Shown: piece by piece, positions 9,181 to 18,607 of the stretch
Position numbering within the stretch: the first letter of the stretch is position 1
Layout of the letters: each line of letters opens with the position of its first letter
Source of the DNA: Nannocystis bainbridge
GTDB taxonomy: Bacteria > Myxococcota_A > Polyangia > Nannocystales > Nannocystaceae
Assembly: GCF_028368995.1 (NCBI RefSeq)
Contig: NZ_JAQNDL010000003.1
Coordinates: forward strand, 2,720,001 to 2,784,000
Length of the DNA: 64,000 nt
Direction: 5' to 3'
Notes under the pieces: model-generated
Seen by the model: only the letters and a program-made list of their open reading frames with translations
Told to the model about the DNA's origin: nothing
The model's database searches: none
Program-made: the position numbers and the translations under genes

Positions 9181-10935
9181 TCAGCCGCCGAGCCGGCGCG
9201 CCAGTTGGTCTTCGTACAGCGACGGCGGGTCGAGCGGCTCGACCTGACCGGGGCCCTCGACCCAGTCCTCCGGCGCGGTCCCGGCGGCGTCGGGCGACTC
9301 CAGGCTGGTCTCGACCGCCAGCTGCGGGCCGACCCCGATCACGTAGCCGTGGCCGAACTGGCGCGAGCGCACCACCCCCTTGCCGCTCGCGTTCCACACC
9401 GCCGACTGCGTCGCGCTGTGGCCGGCCCCGCTCGACCACGCCAGGCGATTGACCGCGCCCCAGCCGTCGTCGACCACGCTCTGGTCGAGCAGGTTCGCCG
9501 TCGCCAGCGAGTGGTGGAACTCCGACAGCCCCACCGTCCCGAACTCGCTGCCCATCAGCGCCACCGCCTTGCCCTCCGAGCTGTGCACCCGCAGCCACAC
9601 GATCCCCGTCGCGCCGAAGCCCCAGTTCTGCACGAAGTTGTGCCGCCCCGCCCGCGCCACGCAGTCGCGCACCAGCACCTCCCCGCTCTGCATCACCTCG
9701 AACAGATAGCCGTTGCCGCCGTCGCCGCGGTGCTGCGCCAGCTCGAGCGTGCTCTCGGCCACCGTCACCCGCGCGCTGCGCTGAATCGTCAGACCGCCGG
9801 ATTGCAGGTGGCGCCCGGACCCCTTGCCCTCCGCCGGCGCTCCTGGCGACACGAACGACCTCACCCCCGAGACCCACGCGTCGCGCACCCCGATCATCGC
9901 CACCGCGTACACCTGGTCCTGCGACCACGCGTCCTCCCAGCCGACCGCGTTGGCGACCCCGACGTCCATCAACGCCACCTCGCGCAGCAGCCCCGTCACC
10001 GGCCGCACGCTGGCCTGGTCGCGCACGAGCGCCGGGTAGCGCAGCGGCACGTCGAGCTCGAGCGTGCCGCTGACGCCGTCGACCGCCGTCACGGTGCGCC
10101 AGAAGAACGGCTGCCAGGTGTCGTTGAACTGCTGCCAGGTGCCCGTCATCGCGTGCTCGCCGACGAACGCCGGGGAGATCTGCCAACCGATGGCGATCTC
10201 GTCGCCGACCTTCAGGCTGCTCGGATCGGCCACCGTGATCGTGCGCGACCGCTCCTCTCCGCTCTCGGTCAGCGCCACGTCGACCCCCAGCTGCGGCGCG
10301 CCGGCGAACGTCAGATGTGCCTCATAGGACATGTCCGAAAAGGCAGTGAACCATAGTCGGCTCTGCTCGGCCCCGTCGCCCTGGATCACCGTGTTCGAGC
10401 TGCTGACCGTCAGCCGCCCGTCGACCCGGTAGAGCCCCGCCGGCAGGCGCACGACCGCCCCGCCGGCCGCGGCCGCGGCGTCGAGCGCGGCCTGCAGCGC
10501 CGCCGTCGCGTCGCTCGCCCCGGTCTGATCGGCCCCGTGGTCGCGCACCGCGTCGATCGTCTCGGCCGGCAACACGCTGCCCGGCGTCACCTCGGCCAGG
10601 CGATAGCCGGCGTACGAAAAATCGTGGAGATAGCGCCCCTCCGGCCCCGTGAACGCCGGCGTCCAGTCCTCCGGATAGAGCTCGCTGCGCCACCCCGCCG
10701 GCTCGCCGGTCGTGCTCGTCCCGTCGCCCGTGCTGCTGCTCGTCCCGGTCGGCCCCGTCGTGCTCGTCGGCTCGCCCGTGGTGCCTGACGGATCGCTCGT
10801 GGTCCCCGTCGTCGTGCCCGTCACCTCCGCGCCCGTGCTCGGGCCCTCGCCCGTCGAGGTCGACGCGCTCGTGCTGCCGTCGCCCCCGCCACAGGCCATC
10901 ACCCACACCACCGACGTCACCGCGAGCCGACGCAT
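9181..10935 (-). CDS. Secreted lipoprotein with a pectate-lyase-like beta-helix (probable polysaccharide-active enzyme)
   Basis: Signal ending VMAC, Thr/Ser/Gly linker, DFSYAGY, VRDHGAD..G.SDATAALQAA...VRLPAGLY. Confidence 0.82.
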   Translation of the reverse strand: MRRLAVTSVVWVMACGGGDGSTSASTSTGEGPSTGAEVTGTTTGTTSDPSGTTGEPTSTTGPTGTSSSTGDGTSTTGEPAGWRSELYPEDWTPAFTGPEGRYLHDFSYAGYRLAEVTPGSVLPAETIDAVRDHGADQTGASDATAALQAALDAAAAAGGAVVRLPAGLYRVDGRLTVSSSNTVIQGDGAEQSRLWFTAFSDMSYEAHLTFAGAPQLGVDVALTESGEERSRTITVADPSSLKVGDEIAIGWQISPAFVGEHAMTGTWQQFNDTWQPFFWRTVTAVDGVSGTLELDVPLRYPALVRDQASVRPVTGLLREVALMDVGVANAVGWEDAWSQDQVYAVAMIGVRDAWVSGVRSFVSPGAPAEGKGSGRHLQSGGLTIQRSARVTVAESTLELAQHRGDGGNGYLFEVMQSGEVLVRDCVARAGRHNFVQNWGFGATGIVWLRVHSSEGKAVALMGSEFGTVGLSEFHHSLATANLLDQSVVDDGWGAVNRLAWSSGAGHSATQSAVWNASGKGVVRSRQFGHGYVIGVGPQLAVETSLESPDAAGTAPEDWVEGPGQVEPLDPPSLYEDQLARRLGG

Positions 10936-11118
10936 GATCTCCAGCATGCCCGAGCACCGACCTCAGCCGTAAGGGGCCGCCGATCGCCGCTGCCTCACGA
11001 CCTCCGCCACAGCGCCTGACTGTTCGGACATGCCCTTACGGACATCTTCGAAAGTGCGCGCGGCCGCGGTCCGCCGACCCCGGCGAACAGCGGCCGGTTT
11101 CACTCGCAAAGACGTGTC

Positions 11119-12828
11119 GTGAATCTCACCCGAGCGGGAACTTTACCGCCCTCCGAGCGTGCCACCCTTTGCGTGAGCGCCCCCAGCGTGACCCCTGTCG
11201 CACCCGTCGTCGCCGAGGTCGTCGCCCGTCATCGCGGCCGCATCGTCGACGTCCAGCACGTCCGCTGGCGCGAGCCGCCCGCTGTCACTCCGGCGGCCTT
11301 GCTCGTCGGCGGCGCGGCGCTCTCGCTGCTCGGCCTCGCCCTCGCCCTGCGCGGCCTGGCCCAGGTCGGAGCCGCCGCCGCCTGCGAGCTGCCCCCCTGT
11401 CCCACCGTCGGCGCCGGCACTGGCCTCGGCGCCTGCCTCGTCGCCGCCGGCCTGCTCCCGCTGGTCCTCGGACTGGTCCGCTGGCGCGACCGCGCGCGCG
11501 CTCGCTACACCCTCGGCGAGGCCCCCGGGGCCGACTTCATCGTCGCCGTGCCCGGGGCCCCCGCCGAGGGCGTCCCGCTGATCATCGCCCTCGAGCAGGG
11601 CTTCGTGCTCGGCCTCCCGCCCGGCGCGCGCGGCCACGTCAGCGGCGACAGCCCGATCGACCTCGCCGAGGCCGTCGCCCAGGGCCGCCGCTCGCTCGCC
11701 CTCCCGGCCGGCGCCGCGGCCCGCATCGAGCTCGGCGACCTGACCTTCGAGATCTCCCAGGTCGCGCCCGCCGACGCCCCACACGACCCGATCGAGCTCG
11801 ACCGCCTCGCCTGGCTCAGCCACGCGGCCGCCCTCTTGCTGGTCGGCGGCTGGGCGCTGTGGCTCGGCACCTCCGAGCCGGTCGCCGTCGTGCTCGACCA
11901 CGAGGCGCAGATCGAGCTGGCCGCCCGCTACATCACCCCCGCGCCGCCGCAGCCCGAGTCGGCCCCGCCCCCGCCGCCGGTCACCACCCCACGCGTGGCG
12001 CTGCCGCGTCAGGTCGAGAAGCCCGCGCGCGCCCCCGAGCCTGCGCCCGAGCCCGAGGCCCCGCCGCTCGGCTTCGTCGTCGACGAGAGCGCCGGCCTGG
12101 TCGCCCCGTCCTCACCGGCAGCCTTCGCCCGTCGCCCGACCAAAGTCGGCTCTCGCTTCGACCGCCGCTTCGACTACGACCGCGTCGCCGGCCACCTCGG
12201 CGATCCCGGCTTCGTCGGCGCCGTCGAGGACTTCACCGTCAACATGAAGCACGGCCAGCGCGCCTACAAGGGCGGTCCCGAGGACGACGCCTGGTGGGCC
12301 CAGGCCACCGGCGGTCCCCCGCGCACCAGCAAGCATTTCGGCGGCCTCGAGCTCGCCGAGACCGAGCGCGGCGGCGGCCTCCACCCCGCCAAGCCCGCGG
12401 CCAAGCAGGCACCTGTCTCTCAGGTCACGTTGACCGCCTCGCGCGGCCTGCCGCCGCCGACCAAACAGGAGCTGGCCGAGGACCGCATCATCGCCCAGCT
12501 CCACATCGACGGCCCGGTGATCACCGGCGACGCCGGCCTCGACAAGATCGCCCTCAAGCAATACGCGCGCAAGCGGGCCGGCCCGTGGCGCGCCTGCTAC
12601 GAAAAGGCGCTGCTCAAGGACCCCGAGCTCGCCGGCATCATGCAGTTCCAGGTCCACTTCGACGAGGCCGGCGAGGCCACCCTCGCCCGCGTCAACTGGT
12701 CGACTCTCTCGATCGGCAAGATCGAGGACTGCCTCGCCAAGGCCTCGCTCGGCTGGCGGCTCGCGCCGATCATGCCCAAGCCGACCAAGGCCGTGTTCGA
12801 GCTGCAGTTCGAGTCGCACACCCGCTGA
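11119..12828 (+). CDS. Membrane protein with a Pro-rich linker and AgmX/PglI (TonB-like) C-terminal domain
   Basis: TM segments, Pro-rich region, C-terminal RACYEKALLKDPELAG...IEDCL; start uncertain. Confidence 0.7.
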   Translation: MNLTRAGTLPPSERATLCVSAPSVTPVAPVVAEVVARHRGRIVDVQHVRWREPPAVTPAALLVGGAALSLLGLALALRGLAQVGAAAACELPPCPTVGAGTGLGACLVAAGLLPLVLGLVRWRDRARARYTLGEAPGADFIVAVPGAPAEGVPLIIALEQGFVLGLPPGARGHVSGDSPIDLAEAVAQGRRSLALPAGAAARIELGDLTFEISQVAPADAPHDPIELDRLAWLSHAAALLLVGGWALWLGTSEPVAVVLDHEAQIELAARYITPAPPQPESAPPPPPVTTPRVALPRQVEKPARAPEPAPEPEAPPLGFVVDESAGLVAPSSPAAFARRPTKVGSRFDRRFDYDRVAGHLGDPGFVGAVEDFTVNMKHGQRAYKGGPEDDAWWAQATGGPPRTSKHFGGLELAETERGGGLHPAKPAAKQAPVSQVTLTASRGLPPPTKQELAEDRIIAQLHIDGPVITGDAGLDKIALKQYARKRAGPWRACYEKALLKDPELAGIMQFQVHFDEAGEATLARVNWSTLSIGKIEDCLAKASLGWRLAPIMPKPTKAVFELQFESHTR

Positions 12829-12831
12829 GTT

Positions 12832-13881
12832 TCAGCGGGCGATCATCCCCTCGTCGACGAAGAACCGGTGCCACGCGCGCACCGCCGCCGGCAGGTCGCC
12901 CGGCACGAACCCGAGCTCCTGCTGCGCCTTGGTGGTGTCGGCGCGGCGCTGCATCGTCAGCACGAACACCGCGCCGGGCGTCAGGTGCTGCGGCACGTTG
13001 GGGAACAGCCTGGCCATCGGCTTGGAGATCGTGCGCGCCACCGCCGACATCAGCCGCGGCGACAGGGCGATCGGCCGCCGGTCGGTCCCGATCTGCTCGG
13101 CGAACAGCGCCACCATCTCGTCCATCGTCACGTAGCGGGTGCTGAAGATGTAGCGCTGACCGGTGCGCCCGCGCTCCATCGCCAGCACGTGCCCGCGCGC
13201 CAGGTCCTCGGTCGTCACCGCCTCGTAGCCGCCGGGGATGATCGCCCGCAGCTTGCCGCGCGAGAAGTCGATCATCGCCTTGCCCGTGCGCGACGGCAGA
13301 TAGTCGTACGGCCCGACCACCCCGGTCGACACCGCGATCACCACGTCGAGCCCGTCGGCGCACGCCTGCAGCACCTCGTGCTCGGCCAGCACCTTGGTCC
13401 GCGAGTACGGCATCCACTCGACGAACGGATAGAACGGCATGTCCTCGTGGCACGCCTTGCGCGGGTCGTCCGGGTCGAAGCCGATCGTCGAGAACGAGCT
13501 CGTGTGGACCACCCGGGCCACCCCGGCCCGCTGGGCCGCGCGCAGCACGTTGCGGGTGCCGAGCACGTTGATCTGCCACAGCTCCCGCATCTGCGGCTCG
13601 GTCGGGCTCAGCACCGAGACCTTGGCCGCGGTGTGGTACACGCGCACGCAGCCCTTGGCCGCGCGGGCCACCGAATCGGCGTCGAGCAGGTCGCCTTCCA
13701 CACGCTCGACCGGCAGGCCCTCGACCCCGCGGTTGTTGTGCCGAGGATGCACCAGCACTCGCACATCCTCTCCTGCGGCCAGCAGATGTCGCACAAGGCT
13801 CGCACCGACGTGTCCGCTCGCGCCGGTCACCAGCGTCTTGCCGTTGGGAGGCGACGGAACACTGCTCTGAGGGGTCGTCAT
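12832..13881 (-). CDS. NAD-dependent epimerase/dehydratase (HpnA/dihydroflavonol reductase-like)
   Basis: TGASGHVG Rossmann motif, HTSS, YSRTK (YxxxK). Confidence 0.92.
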   Translation of the reverse strand: MTTPQSSVPSPPNGKTLVTGASGHVGASLVRHLLAAGEDVRVLVHPRHNNRGVEGLPVERVEGDLLDADSVARAAKGCVRVYHTAAKVSVLSPTEPQMRELWQINVLGTRNVLRAAQRAGVARVVHTSSFSTIGFDPDDPRKACHEDMPFYPFVEWMPYSRTKVLAEHEVLQACADGLDVVIAVSTGVVGPYDYLPSRTGKAMIDFSRGKLRAIIPGGYEAVTTEDLARGHVLAMERGRTGQRYIFSTRYVTMDEMVALFAEQIGTDRRPIALSPRLMSAVARTISKPMARLFPNVPQHLTPGAVFVLTMQRRADTTKAQQELGFVPGDLPAAVRAWHRFFVDEGMIAR

Positions 13882-13987
13882 GGCGCGCAACGAGACCACG
13901 GCGAACGCGCCCTGTAAAGCGCACCCCGCTCGCGACGTGGCCCACGTCGCACCGCGATGGCCGCTGCGTTATGCTCGCGGGCCCCGG

Positions 13988-15424
13988 ATGGCACAGCGCC
14001 CGCTGACATGGTCGCGTCGGCTGATCGCCGTGCTCGAGCGCGGCCTGCCGCCCGCGCTGCTGGAGGACCACGAGATGCGCCGCCGCGCCCTCCTCATCGA
14101 GGGCACCGCCTGGCTGGTCATCCTCGCCTGCGCGCTCACCGTGCCGGTCATCCTCGCCACCACCACCGGCATCGGTCGCATCACCTCGCTGGCCGCCGAC
14201 CTCGGCACCATGCTGCTCACCTTCGTGGGCCCGGGGCTGCTGCGCCTGCGCGGCACCCCGGCCGCCGCCGGCCACTGGATCACCGGCTGCGTGTTCGCAG
14301 GTACCCTCTACGCCGTCTCGACCACCGGCGCCTTCGCCTCGCCCTACTGGATCTTGCTGGCGATCGTGCCCTTCCTGGCCGCGCAGATGGCGGGCCGCAG
14401 CGCCGGCCACCTGTGGGGCGCGATCTGCCTGGTCGGCGTCGTCGCGCTGTTCGCCGTCGACCGCTTCACTGGCGTCCTGCCCCAGTTCCACGACCCTGAC
14501 CTCACCGGCTCGACCACCGCGATCTACGGCGCCATGACGATCCTCGCCGTGCACGGCCTCAGCCACCTGGCCGACCTCGCCAAGGACGAGGCCATCGCGC
14601 GCGCCGAGGCGGCGGCGGTCCAGCTCGAGCACGCCGACCTCGAGGTCGAGCGCGCGCGGATCCTCGCCCAGCAGGCGGTCGCGGCCAGCACCGCCAAGTC
14701 GGCCTTCATGGCCACCATGAGCCACGAGCTGCGCACCCCGCTCAACGCCGTCATCGGCTACGCCGAGATGTTGGTCGAGGACGCCGACGCCCAGGGCCTG
14801 CCCGACATGCGCGACGACCTCGTCAAGATCGTCGGCGCCAGCCAGCACCTGCTCGGCCTCATCGACGACGTGCTCGACCTCTCGCGCGTCGAGGCGACCA
14901 AGCTCGACCTCCAGCGCGAGCAGTTCGCCGCCGAGGACGTCGCCCGCGAGGTCGCCGAGGCGCTGCAGCCGCTCGCGCGCACCCGCGGGACCGCGCTCGA
15001 GGTCCGCCCGCCCGCGGTCCCGCTCATCACCCAGCTCGACCGCGGCCGCGTGCGCCAGGTCCTCGTCAACCTGGTCGGCAACGCCCTCAAGTTCACCGCT
15101 CGCGGCCGCGTCACCGTGTACGTGCGCGGCGAGGCCGACGGCGACGCGCAGTTCGTCGTGTTCGCGGTCGAGGACACCGGGATCGGCATCCGCGAGGGCG
15201 ACCACAAGCGCATCTTCGAGCCCTTCACCCAGGTCGACTCGTCGCCGCGCCGCCGCTACGAGGGCACCGGCCTCGGCCTCTCGCTGTGCAAGCACCTCGT
15301 CGAGATGATGGGCGGCACGATCGGCGTGCGCTCGCAGGTCGGTCAGGGCAGCGTCTTCACCGTGCGCTTGCCTGTCGCGGCTCCAGGGCGATCCGCACCG
15401 GCCGCGCCGGACGCAGCGTGCTGA
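13988..15424 (+). CDS. Membrane-bound sensor histidine kinase
   Basis: About 6 TM helices; AKSAFMATMSHELRTPLN, NLVGNALKFT, DTGIGI, FEPFTQ, GTGLGL. Confidence 0.95.
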   Translation: MAQRPLTWSRRLIAVLERGLPPALLEDHEMRRRALLIEGTAWLVILACALTVPVILATTTGIGRITSLAADLGTMLLTFVGPGLLRLRGTPAAAGHWITGCVFAGTLYAVSTTGAFASPYWILLAIVPFLAAQMAGRSAGHLWGAICLVGVVALFAVDRFTGVLPQFHDPDLTGSTTAIYGAMTILAVHGLSHLADLAKDEAIARAEAAAVQLEHADLEVERARILAQQAVAASTAKSAFMATMSHELRTPLNAVIGYAEMLVEDADAQGLPDMRDDLVKIVGASQHLLGLIDDVLDLSRVEATKLDLQREQFAAEDVAREVAEALQPLARTRGTALEVRPPAVPLITQLDRGRVRQVLVNLVGNALKFTARGRVTVYVRGEADGDAQFVVFAVEDTGIGIREGDHKRIFEPFTQVDSSPRRRYEGTGLGLSLCKHLVEMMGGTIGVRSQVGQGSVFTVRLPVAAPGRSAPAAPDAAC

Positions 15425-16736
15425 CCCCGACGCTCGGCACCTCCGCCTCCGTCAGCCGCCAGCTGTAGCGCCGGGCCACCGCCGCCAGCGCGATCACCAG
15501 CTCGAGCAGCGCGAAGTGGATGCCGATGCAAATGCGATGACCTGCCCCAAAGGGCATGTACGCCGATTTCTGGCGGGCCTGCGCCGCGCCGGGGGCGAAC
15601 CGATCGGGGTCGAAGCGGTTGGGGTCGGCCCACACGTCGGGCTGGCGGTGCAGCTCGTGGACCATCACCGTGATGATCGTGCCCTTGGCGATCGGGTAGC
15701 CGCCGAGCACGTCGTCGCGCGCGGCGGTGCGGGGGATCGCCCACACCGCCGGGTACAGCCGCAGCGTCTCGTCGATCACCTGCCGCGTGTACGGCAGCTT
15801 CGGGATGTCCTCGAGGCCAGGGATGTCGTGGTCCAGCGCGTCGACCTCGGCCTGCACGCGCGCCAACACCTCCGGGTGGCGGGCCAGCAGCGCCAGCGCC
15901 CACGTCAGCGACACCGCCGTCGTCTCGTGGCCGGCGATGAACACCGTCATCACCTCGTCGCGCAGCTGCTCGTCGCTCATGCGGCGGCCCGACTCCTCGT
16001 CGCTGGTGGCGATCAGCACGTCGAGCAGGTCGCGCTGCTCCGAGCCTGACGCGCCCGCGCGGCGCTTGCCGATGAGGTCGTAGATGAACGCGTCGACCTC
16101 TTGCTTGGCCGCCACGAACCGGCGGTTCTGCGGCGTCGGGATCCACAGCGGCGGCGTGAACAGCTCGAACAGGCGCCGGCTGGCCAGGTCGAGCGCCGTC
16201 CCGATCGAGCGCCCGATCGGACCGGCCTCGCCGATCTCCGGCACCCCGAACATGGTCCGGCCGATCACGTCCATCGCCATCCGCATCGACTCGAACAGCG
16301 CCTCGATCTCGGTCTGGCCCGACCAGCGCTGCAGCATCTGCTCGACCGCCGCGCGCATGTCGTCGGCGTAGCGCTGCACCGCCTTCGGCGTGAAGTGCGG
16401 CTGCATCAATCGCCGCTGGCTGGTCCACGTCTCGCCCTCGGACGAGAACAGCCCCTGCCCGACCAGCAGCCGCAGCCCGTCGATCTCGCCGAGCTTTTGA
16501 TACGCCCCGCGGCTCTCGACCAGGATGTGCTGCGCGTGCTCCGGGCGGACCGTCGGCACCACCACGATCTTGCCGAAGTGGACCGCCAGCGGCGCGCCGT
16601 AGCGGCGCACCAGGTCGGTCATGCCGACGAAGTTGGTCTTCCTGGCGATGTCGACCATGCTCCCGAGCCACGGCAGACCGGGCGCCCGCGGCATCGACCT
16701 GAACGGCGTTTTACGGACATCGACGGGCGCGTTCAT
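15357..16736 (-). CDS. Cytochrome P450
   Basis: I-helix AGHETT, ETLR, PDRF, heme signature PFGAGHRICIG. Confidence 0.96.
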   Translation of the reverse strand: MNAPVDVRKTPFRSMPRAPGLPWLGSMVDIARKTNFVGMTDLVRRYGAPLAVHFGKIVVVPTVRPEHAQHILVESRGAYQKLGEIDGLRLLVGQGLFSSEGETWTSQRRLMQPHFTPKAVQRYADDMRAAVEQMLQRWSGQTEIEALFESMRMAMDVIGRTMFGVPEIGEAGPIGRSIGTALDLASRRLFELFTPPLWIPTPQNRRFVAAKQEVDAFIYDLIGKRRAGASGSEQRDLLDVLIATSDEESGRRMSDEQLRDEVMTVFIAGHETTAVSLTWALALLARHPEVLARVQAEVDALDHDIPGLEDIPKLPYTRQVIDETLRLYPAVWAIPRTAARDDVLGGYPIAKGTIITVMVHELHRQPDVWADPNRFDPDRFAPGAAQARQKSAYMPFGAGHRICIGIHFALLELVIALAAVARRYSWRLTEAEVPSVGVSTLRPARPVRIALEPRQASAR

Positions 16737-16785
16737 CGCAACGGTCAGCGTCGCACAATCGCTGCCCGTCTGGTACTGTCGCGGC

Positions 16786-18075
16786 GTGACGGCCCTCGGC
16801 GTCGGCATCCTCGGCCTCGGCAACGTCGGCGCGGGCACGGTGCGGCTCCTCGGCGAACGCCGCGAGCGCATCGAAGCCCGCCTCGGGGTGGCCCCGACCA
16901 TTCGTCGTATCCTCGTGCGCGACCGCGAGCGCGAGCGGGCCGTCGAGGTCGCGCCGGAGCTGCTCACCACCGACATCGACGAGGTCCTCGGCGACCCCGA
17001 GATCGCCATCGTCGTCGAGCTCATGGGCGGCGTCGAACCGGCGCGCAGCTACATCCTGGCCGCGCTGCGGGCCGGCAAGCACGTCGTCACCGCCAACAAG
17101 GCGGTGCTCGCCGAGCGCGGCGCCGAGATCTTCGCCGAGGCCGCGCGGGTCGGTCGGGCCGTCGTCTTCGAGGGCAGCGTCGCCGGCGGGATCCCCCTGC
17201 TCCGCAGCCTGCGCGAAGGCCTCGCAAGCGACCGGATCACCGGCCTTTGCGGGATCGTCAACGGCACCTCCAACTACATCCTCGACGCCATGACCCGCAC
17301 CGGCGCCGGCTTCGCCGACGCGCTCGCCGGGGCCCAGGCCGCCGGTTACGCCGAGGCCGACCCCAGCCTCGACGTCGGGGGCGGCGACGCGGCCCACAAG
17401 CTGGCGCTGCTGGCCCTCGTGGCCTTCGGCGTGCAGGTCGACCCGGGCACGATCGCCACCGAGGGGATCTCCCACGTCACCGCGTTCGACATCCGGGCCG
17501 CGGCGGAGCTCGGGTTCGTCATCAAGAGCCTGGCGATCGGCCAGCGCGACGAGCACGGCGTCGGCCTCCGCGTCCACCCCACGCTGGTCCCCCGGGACCA
17601 CGTGCTCGCCGGCGTCCAGGGGGCCTTCAACGCCGTGCTGGTCCAGTCCGACGCCCTCGGCCCCAGCCTCTACTACGGCCGCGGCGCCGGCATGATGCCG
17701 ACCGCCGTCGCCGTGGTCTCCGACATCCTCGAGGTCGCCCGCGACATCCTCGCTGGCCTGTACTCGCGGCCAGGTCCTTCCGGACATGTCCCTTCGACCA
17801 CCTCAAAGCCCGTCAGCCTGCGCCCGCTGGCCGAGGTCGTCTGCGCGCACTACCTGCGCTTCCGCGCCCCGCACGTCCCCGGCGTGCTCGGCCGCGTCGC
17901 CGCCTGCCTCGGCCGCCACGGCGTCAGCATCCGCCGCATGGCGCAGGAGACCCCGTCGGCCGACGGCTCGGCGGCGATGGTCATGCTGACCGAGCCCGTC
18001 GCCGACGGCTCACTCGCGGCCGCCCTGGTCGAGGCCGCCCTGCCCGTCACCCGCCTGCGCCTGCTCGCGGAGTGA
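16786..18075 (+). CDS. hom: Homoserine dehydrogenase with C-terminal ACT domain
   Basis: GLGNVG, VVTANK, FEGSVAGGIP, GIVNGTSNYIL, GYAEADP..DVGGGDAAHK; GTG start inferred. Confidence 0.95.
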   Translation: MTALGVGILGLGNVGAGTVRLLGERRERIEARLGVAPTIRRILVRDRERERAVEVAPELLTTDIDEVLGDPEIAIVVELMGGVEPARSYILAALRAGKHVVTANKAVLAERGAEIFAEAARVGRAVVFEGSVAGGIPLLRSLREGLASDRITGLCGIVNGTSNYILDAMTRTGAGFADALAGAQAAGYAEADPSLDVGGGDAAHKLALLALVAFGVQVDPGTIATEGISHVTAFDIRAAAELGFVIKSLAIGQRDEHGVGLRVHPTLVPRDHVLAGVQGAFNAVLVQSDALGPSLYYGRGAGMMPTAVAVVSDILEVARDILAGLYSRPGPSGHVPSTTSKPVSLRPLAEVVCAHYLRFRAPHVPGVLGRVAACLGRHGVSIRRMAQETPSADGSAAMVMLTEPVADGSLAAALVEAALPVTRLRLLAE

Positions 18076-18234
18076 CGGCGGCTCGACCTGTTCGAAGAGA
18101 CAGATCGCGGCGTTCGGCGCGGTCGACGGCGGACCGACCTGCCCGAAGAGACAGTGATCGGCATGCGGCGCAGCCGGCCGAAGCTCCTCGGCCCGGCGAG
18201 CGACGATCGTGAATCACCTGTCCTCAGGGACAGC

Positions 18235-18540
18235 TCACACGATCTCCGGGAACACCGCGTCGTAGCGCAGCAGGCAGAAGATCGCCCGCGGCTGATCGCG
18301 GATCCCGGCGATGTGCAGCGCGCCTCCGCGCTGCTTGAGGTGCATGTACAGCCCCATGATCTTGGCCACCCCCGCGTTGTCGATGTGCTCCAGCCCGGAC
18401 AGCTCGAGCGTCACCTGCTTGCGGCCCTCGGCGAGCACCGCGTCGAACGGCGTGTCGGTGTTCGCCGCCGTCGCGGCATCGAGGCTGCCGGCGAGCGCGA
18501 GGGTGGTCGTATCGTCCTGGTCGGTGCGCGAGATCTGCAT
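18235..18540 (-). CDS. STAS-domain anti-sigma-factor antagonist-like protein
   Basis: 101 aa; LAGSLDAATA, LELSGLEHIDNAGV. Confidence 0.85.
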   Translation of the reverse strand: MQISRTDQDDTTTLALAGSLDAATAANTDTPFDAVLAEGRKQVTLELSGLEHIDNAGVAKIMGLYMHLKQRGGALHIAGIRDQPRAIFCLLRYDAVFPEIV

Positions 18541-18607
18541 GGGCTTCGCCGCATCGTAGCCCGGCGCCCGGCCCATGCACGAGCGCGATCCGCCGCGAGC
18601 CTCCGCG

